This document shows, in pieces, positions 47,069 to 55,301 of a DNA stretch of 64,000 nt. Positions within the stretch are counted from its first letter, which is position 1, and each line of letters begins with the position of its first letter. Position numbers and translations under genes: made by a program. The stretch comes from an uncultured Candidatus Saccharibacteria bacterium. Lineage in GTDB: Bacteria > Patescibacteriota > Saccharimonadia > Saccharimonadales > UBA10212. The notes under the pieces are model-generated. The model was given only the letters and a program-made list of their open reading frames with translations, did no database searches and had not been told where the DNA came from. Where the stretch lies: assembly GCA_965231085.1 (NCBI GenBank), contig OZ246413.1, forward strand, positions 603,234 through 667,233, written 5' to 3'.

Positions 47069-47983
47069 TCATTTAACGGCCAGGATTTGCTTTATAGCTT
47101 GTTCGGATTGGTCGCTTGGTACTTGCACCAGCGACTCTCTTTCCATCCTGTCCGGCAAATCACCCGAATCGGATATCCAAACCATACCGCTGCGCGTCCA
47201 GGGGTTTTTGCCTGGGACAGAAAGATAGCCGTCTTTGGTTGAGGTGGACTTAACTAAACCCGGGTTGTCGCCTGGGTGGCCAAGGATAAGCAGTTGCTCC
47301 GGGTGGTTGTTGACTAGATCTGTTATGTCAACGACGCTTCGTAAAAATATATCCATCACAGTCTTCCCTGTCGGGTGTGGATCCTTGTCGTAGGCCCAGT
47401 CGCTGGTGTCTGTATAGCCTATTCCATGGTAGAACCGTTGCTCGTACTGCCTTCTGCCGATAACAAAGACGTGGCCATTATCCCTGCCGATTAAGCAATC
47501 CACAAAAACCTGATAATCACTGTCGGGCAGCCAGCCCCAAGGCCTTTGTTTTGGATCGCTTTCAGTGGATAGCCAAGTTGGAACCGGCCTTTGATCGGTA
47601 GCCAATATCGCGATCCCACCGTAAAACAAATTAGGGGTCTTTTTTTTGGTTATCATGTCCATGAATTTGAGTTGATATAGCATATGTTTACGGAAGGAGG
47701 GGGGGTAGTTATTTATATCACCCGGGTCATCCGGAAGGGTGAGTGTGTTTGGACCAAGCCTCAACTTATTAGCCTCTACGCTATTAATGGGGCCTTCTTT
47801 GCTAGCCAGGTTGGCGGCAGCAGCAGCTGGGGCCTGGCTGACTTCGTGACTGGCGTGGGCTGTAGCCCCACCAAAACCTAGCCCGGCAACGCTCATTAGA
47901 GCCAGGGCCCCTGCCCGCCTTACGCGGTTTTTGGGGTGCGGGTGGTTAGAGGGGTCCGTCTCTCGGGGTCTATGGATAGGCAT
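47069..47983 (-). CDS. hypothetical secreted protein with twin-arginine-like signal peptide (last gene of the T4SS-like operon)
   Basis: 304 aa. The N-terminus reads KNRVRRAGALALMSVAGLGFGGATAHA-S. Local GC is high (hand counts 35/60 and 41/60). No domain recognised. Confidence 0.6.
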   Translation of the reverse strand: MPIHRPRETDPSNHPHPKNRVRRAGALALMSVAGLGFGGATAHASHEVSQAPAAAAANLASKEGPINSVEANKLRLGPNTLTLPDDPGDINNYPPSFRKHMLYQLKFMDMITKKKTPNLFYGGIAILATDQRPVPTWLSTESDPKQRPWGWLPDSDYQVFVDCLIGRDNGHVFVIGRRQYEQRFYHGIGYTDTSDWAYDKDPHPTGKTVMDIFLRSVVDITDLVNNHPEQLLILGHPGDNPGLVKSTSTKDGYLSVPGKNPWTRSGMVWISDSGDLPDRMERESLVQVPSDQSEQAIKQILAVK

Positions 47984-48027
47984 AAGCGAACAATATCATC
48001 GAGCTTAGTTTTATGTCAAACTTGCCG

Positions 48028-48507
48028 TTAGTCACTGGTAACTACGGTCGTTCCCGGTCCAGTTAATTTAATACTGATAACAAACTGTGTAGCCGGCGAA
48101 TCTTGCTTGATAGTCGCTTTTATAACGTCGTCACCAAGATCCCACTTAGCTGTGCCCGGCATAACTTTCGCGTAGGCAGCTGGCACGGTGCCAGTTTTGG
48201 TTGTGATAATTGCTTGGATTTGGGCTAAGGCCGAATCATACTGACCGGGGCCCAGAAGGCCGCTAAGCTCACCACTATTTAATAAAAAGAAAGCTTGGCT
48301 AGGACTTTCAGAATTTTGGTTGGGGTAATACTCTAAGCTTTGCCCAGTGTCTTTATCAACAATTGTTATCTTTTTTTCCGGGCTCTGGCTGACGATTTTG
48401 TTATGATTATTTATCAAAATTATAATCAAGCTAACCACTCCAACCACAAACACTACAACTCCCAAAGACAAAATGCTTAATCTGCGATTCATGGTGTTAT
48501 TGCCCAT
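48028..48507 (-). CDS. hypothetical bitopic membrane protein (candidate VirB8-like component, unverified)
   Basis: 159 aa with an N-terminal TM helix (LSILSLGVVVFVVGVVSLIIILI) and a domain of about 120 aa. The alternative start at 48492 forms an ATGA overlap with the upstream stop. Confidence 0.6.
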   Translation of the reverse strand: MGNNTMNRRLSILSLGVVVFVVGVVSLIIILINNHNKIVSQSPEKKITIVDKDTGQSLEYYPNQNSESPSQAFFLLNSGELSGLLGPGQYDSALAQIQAIITTKTGTVPAAYAKVMPGTAKWDLGDDVIKATIKQDSPATQFVISIKLTGPGTTVVTSD

Positions 48508-49760
48508 AAGTTTTGCAACCCAGCGTTTGTTAAATCATCACTACTGTAACCATTAGAGTTTTTAGGATCGTTTTGAGGCGGCAGGCTGGTATTAGGATCT
48601 CCTAGAAGAAAGTCACCGTTGGGGGTTAAAGCCCTCAGAACCAATATGTGACCATTTGCGGTGAATGGCCCGGGGTCCTTCGGGCCCTTACCGGCAGCGA
48701 CCACTAGTCCGCCCTGGGCTAGGGTTTGGGCTGCCAGGGTTAGGTCCTTGCCGATACTTCGGGCATTAAGGCCGTAGGCTTTTGCCACGTCTGGGAACAA
48801 GCCCCAGTCGCTTCCCTGGCCCGTGCCATCAGGACCACCGGGCACATGGTGAGAGCCAAAATTTGCGGCTATAGTATCAGGAGTTACAGTTTGGCCCGTA
48901 AGGTTGGTAACCACCATAGCCATCGAGGTAGGGCCGCAACCAGACTGGCTTATATCGCCAAGGCTGGTTGGACCATATGGGGCGTCTTTCCACCTATCGT
49001 CGAATTGGCTAAATAGTACAAAATTATCAATTAACGAGTAGCCAGTGAAGCCACAAGAAAGTGCCGGACCAGCATCGGATATAATATCGCCAAACCAAGC
49101 CTTTAGTTGAGTGATATAAGTGGCGGTATCGTTTTCTCCCTTAGGGGCATATTTGTTTATGGCTGCATCAATTGTGGTCAATCCCTGAGAGATATATACG
49201 TCAAGTAAATATTGGGGTTCGCTGTAGGCGTCGTTAATATCAACACTGGCTGCAAAGGAATCCCATTTATACCAATGAGTAATCTTGCCATTACTGGTCG
49301 AATCGAGATGGGGCTGGGATTCTGATGCTTGGCGCCCAAAAGCGTTGTTGGCTTTTATGGTTACTGTTCCGGTTGTGCCAAAGCCAGATTCTTTTCTAGC
49401 AATACTCGCAACAAGCATCGGGTTAACACCGTATCTTATAGAGCTCTCAACTATCTGTGGGCCTAGGCCGGCAAACGGCGAGCTTCCGCCCCCGCCATCG
49501 ACAATGAACTTGTTAATTGCATCAGCTAGGCCGCCAGCATCGTTGATAGGAGGAGTTTTTAGGCTGTAGCAGCTGTTACCGAGGGCCGCTGCCAGCCCGG
49601 CGCTAACATTATTGGTGTCTACTCGGTAAAAATATACTCCCTGGGCGAAAGAATCACGTTGCTCGGGTGATAAAGCATAGGTCTGCGAAGGTATGCAAAA
49701 CAGCATAACCGATAAACTGATAAGCAAAAAAACTTTATTAAAAGTAGTTGATTTAAACAT
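48489..49760 (-). CDS. secreted bifunctional cell-wall hydrolase: lysozyme-like N-domain plus C39-like papain-fold cysteine peptidase C-domain
   Basis: 423 aa with a signal peptide. The region SSIRYGVNPMLVASIARKESGFGT is lysozyme/transglycosylase-like. The C-terminal QSGCGPTSMAMVV (catalytic Cys) and NGHILVL (His) are typical of Peptidase_C39_2-like domains. Confidence 0.75.
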   Translation of the reverse strand: MFKSTTFNKVFLLISLSVMLFCIPSQTYALSPEQRDSFAQGVYFYRVDTNNVSAGLAAALGNSCYSLKTPPINDAGGLADAINKFIVDGGGGSSPFAGLGPQIVESSIRYGVNPMLVASIARKESGFGTTGTVTIKANNAFGRQASESQPHLDSTSNGKITHWYKWDSFAASVDINDAYSEPQYLLDVYISQGLTTIDAAINKYAPKGENDTATYITQLKAWFGDIISDAGPALSCGFTGYSLIDNFVLFSQFDDRWKDAPYGPTSLGDISQSGCGPTSMAMVVTNLTGQTVTPDTIAANFGSHHVPGGPDGTGQGSDWGLFPDVAKAYGLNARSIGKDLTLAAQTLAQGGLVVAAGKGPKDPGPFTANGHILVLRALTPNGDFLLGDPNTSLPPQNDPKNSNGYSSDDLTNAGLQNLWAITP

Positions 49761-49762
49761 AT

Positions 49763-52700
49763 TTAGTTATTAACCTTCACGCTAAATATCTTTGTTGTTT
49801 TATTGCCGCCGGTATCGGTGGCCGTTACAGAAACAGAATATACTCCGTTTGGCATCTTGGTAGTATCCCAGTTTTTAATCAGATAATAATTGTAGTTGCC
49901 CGCCGCGGTTGTTGAGTTCTGAATTGTGCCGGTTGCATAAATTTGGTCTAATATGTCGGCACTACACATTACTTTGCCAAAGTCTTCCGCCATTTTTGTA
50001 TCCATTACGGTATTACCTTGTGCATCGCTAACGCTCCAACTGATTGTGGCTGGTGACAAAATTGCGTTATCCCAAGGTTTGGGCGGTTTAATAGGTGGAG
50101 TGTCATATGCATTGACTACAAGATCGACGGTATTGGTAATGTTGGTTGTGCCATCAAGAGTGCCGTCAGCTTTAATGATACTTAGAGAGCTTACGGCAGG
50201 AGCGGTGTTGTCTTTGTAGGGCGTCAAGGCCCCGGCTCGTAGTGGATTAACGTAGTAAACCTTACCATCTGGCCCCCGATGACTTTCTGCTAAATGCACA
50301 TGGCCCCAGCTAGTCGCGACATGGCCTATTAACTGGTGCTGCTTCACTTTGTCACCGTTTGAAACTATACCAGTATAATCAATGTGCCAGTAGTCCAACA
50401 TTTTATCGGCGGACACGATGGAAATAGATTGGCCACCGCTGACATGTACCTCGCCAGGCTCAATGGCGTACACAGGGGTCCCATCATCCGCCGAAATATC
50501 GATTCCGAAATGGAAGGCCTGTGAATCGGCGGTGTCTATGTCCTTACTTCCCGAAAAACGTGGGTCATTAAGGTTGGCTCTTACGGCGTGCTGCTGATCA
50601 AAAGGCGTGATGGGCCAGCCATAACTGGTTACAGTCGGGACGGTCATATAGTTGCTGCAAACCGGAGTAAAGCTGCCAACCACACTAGCGTTAGCTTGAG
50701 AATTGGCAGCGGGGGTGGTTGAGGTTGAGCTGGCAGGAGCCGAGACTTGGGCCGTGGTAGCCGTCGTGTCGGAAGGCTGGTCAAAACCAAGGTCGGCACA
50801 AGCAGAAGCGCTACCATCAACGTTTTCGTAGCAGCCAGCCCCATCGATGGTGATAGTATCCATTATAAAGAACCGGACCTTTAGCCAATTAGAGTCTGGA
50901 TCAGAAGCACAATCATCTTTTAGGGTTGCTTGGTTGGGGGATGAGTTGGCGTCGCTTGTGACTCCCCAGACTCCAGACGCGTCCTTATAAATCTTAGCTC
51001 CAAAACATCTTTGGGCCTTAGCTATATATTTATTACCATCTTTGGATTCTAGTAGGTTGACAACCGCCTCAGCATTAGCATACGGATTTGCAAAGTCCGG
51101 GTTGTTCATGTCTGTTTCTGAAAAGCCTACCTTTTGGATACCATAGTTATAGCCGCTACTAGCTGCTGCTGCCGGCTTGGAGAAAATTTTAGTGAGCGAA
51201 CCAAAAGCCTTGGGTATATCGATAATGGCTGAGCCAAGCCGAGCCAGGTTACTAGAAAAACTATTTGATGATTGATCAATTAGTTTAGACACAGCACTGT
51301 GGCTATCGTGGGTATTTAAAAGTTTATAGGCGATACTCTGAGAATTAAATTGGTCAGCTTGATTTGTTTGATCTATAGCCCTTAGGGCTACAGCTTGCTG
51401 GTCGGTTAACTTGACGCCACCAAGCGAAAGAGCTTGGTCGTTGCTGGCAAGCAAAGCCCCGTAGTTAATGTAGTTACCGCGCTGGGGCCCGTTGAGGGCT
51501 TCATCGTTGGGGCTAATTGGGTTACCAGCCAACCATCTGCCAGTCACGTCTTCACCCTGACCGATTAGATAGCCTTGTATCGGAGCAGTTGCTAATTGGG
51601 CTACTACTGAAGTACCAGCGGTAAAGATTGTTACGGCGAAACCTATTACCTGGCCTGGTAGACCACACGCAGCACCGGTAATCGATCCAGTGGTGCCAGT
51701 ATTCAGGAAATGAAATGGTGTGTACACATCGTTTAGACTTTTGAGGGTGTCATCGGGCTGTACATACTTGTTAGCGTTGGTTGCATCGGCATTACCAAGC
51801 TCACCTTGGATGCTGGCAGCGGAATACCAGGTTTTACCTGAAGAGTCTTTAAGTTGAGAGGCATAGTAATTCATCTGGTCTAAGTTCACATTAAAACCAT
51901 TTTGGAAGTTGCCCCCCTGGGATAAAGATAATCCCCCCATTCTCATTAGTGGCAGGTACACCCCTGTTTGCTTTAAAGCAGGCGCATGGTTATCAATTGT
52001 CTTTAGTGAGCAGACAAGGGCAATTAAAAATGTACCTTTTGTTACCCCCGACTTAATGCCTGTTTTGAGGTCGGATATTGCTGTAGTAGAACCCTTTTTT
52101 AACGCTAGGCCAGTTTTCTCAGCGGTCGTGCTTAGTTCATTGGTCTGGGTAACGGCATCATTAATAGCGGCTTGCTCTTGCGGGGTTGTGGTTTTTGGGT
52201 CCTTACTTGCCCCAGTTGCGGTGATTTTTTCGGTGGTGAAACCTCTGGTTACATAGGCATCTTCTTTTGCAGCGGTTTCCGTATCAGTGATCTTTTTTCT
52301 AGCAGAGTTAGTAGCGGCCTTCTCTATTTTGGACTGAACATTAGCAGTCCATTTATCAGTCGGGTGCCAGCTTATTCCAGCCCGCTTTGTCATTAGTCCG
52401 GTACCAACAGCCGAGGCTTTGGCATCAAGGCCAATAGCTTTGAATAGAGCGTAATTTGATTTATATGCGTTTGCGTACCCCTCGGGGATTGTGACCATTG
52501 GTCGGCCACTGGTGTCCTCACCAAATACTAGATTTGATTCACCAAGATTTTTCTTAGCCGCGGCAATGGCTTCGTCCTTACTCATCTTGTAATACGGCGA
52601 TTTTGGTGAAGCCCTATCAAGCACATAACCTTCAGCCAAACCAAAATTTCGTGAATAGCTTGCGACAAGTCCTTTTTCGGCCAATTTATTCTCAAAAACA

Positions 52701-53371
52701 TCAGCCAATTTATTACCAACTAAGCCCATCCTGGTTCGTTCCACAGTGCCTTTTGTGTAGTTTCTGGCGTAGCGCAGGCTATGCATTAATCGGTTATCTT
52801 GCTCATTCTCAAGACTTGAATAATGAAACTGCCGCAAAAGCTGAGAGATATGGATAAACTGCAATGGCCCAGAGGAAAGTGTTAATAGCATGACCAGTCC
52901 AACAATACCCCCAGCTATGCCGCCACCAATGGTTGCCCGTCGCCCCGGGCGCCTAAAGCGAAACCAAGGCCTAGGCGTCTCAACCTGTTTATATAAGGAG
53001 TTGGAATCTGCCCCACCTCCCAATTTTTCCTGTTCAGCTTGACTGGCTAAGTCTGCTTGTGTCTGCCCGGCTCCGTTCTTTTCAGCCTTTGCTAATTCGT
53101 CATCGGTAGCGGGCTTTTTACCAGCATTTTTTTTGTCGGCTACACGTTTGCCGGTAATAGTCGAGGGCTCATTACCAGAGCTCTCGTAAACCCCCTGGCT
53201 ATCCTGATTGGCTTTTTCTGATAAAGGAGTTGAAGCGCGCTGGTCTATGGCCCGCTCTTCGTCTTTGCCTATGCCTGTATTGAAACCCATACCTTCGTCG
53301 CTAGGCGGCAAGGGCTCCCCTTTGTACCAGTCTGTATCTTCCTGTTGCGGCTCTAAAGTAGCTTTAGCCAT
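49763..53371 (-). CDS. giant membrane-anchored protein with C-terminal M23 (LytM) metallopeptidase domain and Ig-like tail
   Basis: 1202 aa. An acidic, disordered N-terminus of about 145 aa precedes a TM helix (IGGGIAGGIVGLVMLLTL) and a large external region. M23 motifs are FHFGIDISADDGTPVYAIEPGEV and WGHVHLAE. Confidence 0.75.
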   Translation of the reverse strand: MAKATLEPQQEDTDWYKGEPLPPSDEGMGFNTGIGKDEERAIDQRASTPLSEKANQDSQGVYESSGNEPSTITGKRVADKKNAGKKPATDDELAKAEKNGAGQTQADLASQAEQEKLGGGADSNSLYKQVETPRPWFRFRRPGRRATIGGGIAGGIVGLVMLLTLSSGPLQFIHISQLLRQFHYSSLENEQDNRLMHSLRYARNYTKGTVERTRMGLVGNKLADVFENKLAEKGLVASYSRNFGLAEGYVLDRASPKSPYYKMSKDEAIAAAKKNLGESNLVFGEDTSGRPMVTIPEGYANAYKSNYALFKAIGLDAKASAVGTGLMTKRAGISWHPTDKWTANVQSKIEKAATNSARKKITDTETAAKEDAYVTRGFTTEKITATGASKDPKTTTPQEQAAINDAVTQTNELSTTAEKTGLALKKGSTTAISDLKTGIKSGVTKGTFLIALVCSLKTIDNHAPALKQTGVYLPLMRMGGLSLSQGGNFQNGFNVNLDQMNYYASQLKDSSGKTWYSAASIQGELGNADATNANKYVQPDDTLKSLNDVYTPFHFLNTGTTGSITGAACGLPGQVIGFAVTIFTAGTSVVAQLATAPIQGYLIGQGEDVTGRWLAGNPISPNDEALNGPQRGNYINYGALLASNDQALSLGGVKLTDQQAVALRAIDQTNQADQFNSQSIAYKLLNTHDSHSAVSKLIDQSSNSFSSNLARLGSAIIDIPKAFGSLTKIFSKPAAAASSGYNYGIQKVGFSETDMNNPDFANPYANAEAVVNLLESKDGNKYIAKAQRCFGAKIYKDASGVWGVTSDANSSPNQATLKDDCASDPDSNWLKVRFFIMDTITIDGAGCYENVDGSASACADLGFDQPSDTTATTAQVSAPASSTSTTPAANSQANASVVGSFTPVCSNYMTVPTVTSYGWPITPFDQQHAVRANLNDPRFSGSKDIDTADSQAFHFGIDISADDGTPVYAIEPGEVHVSGGQSISIVSADKMLDYWHIDYTGIVSNGDKVKQHQLIGHVATSWGHVHLAESHRGPDGKVYYVNPLRAGALTPYKDNTAPAVSSLSIIKADGTLDGTTNITNTVDLVVNAYDTPPIKPPKPWDNAILSPATISWSVSDAQGNTVMDTKMAEDFGKVMCSADILDQIYATGTIQNSTTAAGNYNYYLIKNWDTTKMPNGVYSVSVTATDTGGNKTTKIFSVKVNN

Positions 53372-53381
53372 TGGTTATATT

Positions 53382-55301
53382 TTACGCTTTGCTTTGCAAG
53401 TCTGCAGGGTTTAGGGGCGCCCCCTGTGAACTGGGTTGAACTTGGTCTGGAGCTGCAGCTTGAGTTTCTTCAACCACGCTCGGTGTAGTTGATATAAGGT
53501 CAGTTTCAGTCTGGCTGGCGATTACCTGAATATGAACATGGTTTTGCCCGGCAAAAAACAAGCCCTGGCCAATCGGGAACTGGCTAAGACGCTTCTTTTC
53601 CTCACTAGTTAGCTTAAATACATCAGCCAAAACATCGACTGCGGTCGGCGACTGTTTCATCAAAAACTGCATGCTAGCGTTGGCTACAATAGCTCGACCC
53701 ATCCGCGATGCCATAAAATCCTCAACGTCTTGGGTGACAGTTGTAATACCAAGATTGTACTTTCGGGCTCGTTTAGCCAAGCTAAATAAAAAGTTAGCAC
53801 TATCTTCGTAGCGCATTAACTGCCAGGCCTCATCCACGATGAGTATTCTTCTTTTTCTGTCGGCCTTAGTTTTGTTCCATATGTAATTAAGCACAATGTA
53901 CATGGCGACCGGCCTTAACTCATCTTCGAGGTCACGAATATTAAAGACAACCATAGGATTATCAACGTTAACATTACTTTGCTGGCTGAATATGCCAGCA
54001 AAAGTACCACTAGTGTATTTTCTAAGTCTTTGTGCTAATTGTGGGCCTGAGCCGCCCATGTGCAGCAAAGTATCGTAAAGATCATTAATAGTTGGTGGCG
54101 TAGAACCATGCGTGAGGGGGTCGTTTGTAATTCCGACTTTGGCATAAGTTTCTATTAGGGCCGCGTCTAAGTCGGCTTCCTCGGCTGGTGTTAGAGCTGG
54201 TATGGTAGACGACGATCCTTGCAGAATTTGGACCTGGGCTCCGCCGAGCATCAGACGTAGCAGCCCATGCAAAGTTATTAGGTTTGATCTAAGCGCGTTG
54301 TCGCTTTCTTCAGAATCAACAACTTTGGGTAGATCAAAAGGGTTAATCCGGGTAGCACTGTTAAGACTTAACCGTACATAAGCTCCACCTACAGCGTCAC
54401 TAAGTTTTTGGTATTCATTTTCCGGATCGACAATAAATATCTCGGTACCGAACATCATACTGCGCAGGGCTTCGAGTTTCACAGCAAAGCTTTTACCGGC
54501 ACCGGATTTTGCGAATACTACGCTGTTACCGTTTTCCAGGCTAAATCGGTCAAAAATAACCAGTCCGGAGTTATTCATATTAACGCCGTATAGGATGCCA
54601 TTATCTTGGGTTAAATCAGAGCTGGTAAATGGAAAGGTTGTTGATATAGCACCGGTATTCATGTTGCGGTAAATCTGTAATTGATCGCTAAATTGAGGGA
54701 TGGTACTGTTTAGGCCCTGTTCTTGTTGAGCGCTGGCCGGCTTAGAGTATATAAGCTGTTGGCCCAGCAGACTCTCAACTTTATGCGATACAAACTCAAG
54801 CTCCTCCATGGAGCCGGCGTAAATAGTAAAATACAGCCCAAACCGGAAGAAGCGTTCTTCCCCGACTTGAAGTTTATCGCGCATCTCTTCAGCGTCCTGG
54901 ACGGCTGCTTGCTTACCTGGGTCTCGGACTTTACCCTGCTCTGAATCAATTTGAATACCGGCCTCAAGTTGTGAAACTTTTCGGCGTAGGTTGTTTAGTA
55001 CTATTTGACTATCAACTGGTTGTACGATCATCGACAGGTCAATCACCTCGTCCAAGTTCACCATGCTGGAAATCCACCCTGTATATAACTCGCGAGGATA
55101 CCCGTAGACATAGTAGGTTCGAGCGTAGCGAGTGCCGAGTTGGAAGTTGGTGGTGCTAAAAATTAGTGAACTTGGGGCAATAAAATCCCGCAGCGCAGTT
55201 ACGCCTTTGTTAAAGGCACTGGCAACGGCAGCCTGCTCTTGTACGGCAGCAGCCAAAGCTGGGTCTTGTGGTAATTTATCCTTTTTACCAAATAATTTCA
55301 T
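53382..55301 (-). CDS. virB4: VirB4-family type IV secretion ATPase (PrgJ/TraE/TrsE-like)
   Basis: 639 aa. Walker A VVFAKSGAGKSFAVK, Walker B RILIVDEAWQLM, ARKYNLGITTVTQ, and an N-terminal YVYGYPRELYTGWIS pattern typical of VirB4. Confidence 0.9.
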   Translation of the reverse strand: MKLFGKKDKLPQDPALAAAVQEQAAVASAFNKGVTALRDFIAPSSLIFSTTNFQLGTRYARTYYVYGYPRELYTGWISSMVNLDEVIDLSMIVQPVDSQIVLNNLRRKVSQLEAGIQIDSEQGKVRDPGKQAAVQDAEEMRDKLQVGEERFFRFGLYFTIYAGSMEELEFVSHKVESLLGQQLIYSKPASAQQEQGLNSTIPQFSDQLQIYRNMNTGAISTTFPFTSSDLTQDNGILYGVNMNNSGLVIFDRFSLENGNSVVFAKSGAGKSFAVKLEALRSMMFGTEIFIVDPENEYQKLSDAVGGAYVRLSLNSATRINPFDLPKVVDSEESDNALRSNLITLHGLLRLMLGGAQVQILQGSSSTIPALTPAEEADLDAALIETYAKVGITNDPLTHGSTPPTINDLYDTLLHMGGSGPQLAQRLRKYTSGTFAGIFSQQSNVNVDNPMVVFNIRDLEDELRPVAMYIVLNYIWNKTKADRKRRILIVDEAWQLMRYEDSANFLFSLAKRARKYNLGITTVTQDVEDFMASRMGRAIVANASMQFLMKQSPTAVDVLADVFKLTSEEKKRLSQFPIGQGLFFAGQNHVHIQVIASQTETDLISTTPSVVEETQAAAPDQVQPSSQGAPLNPADLQSKA

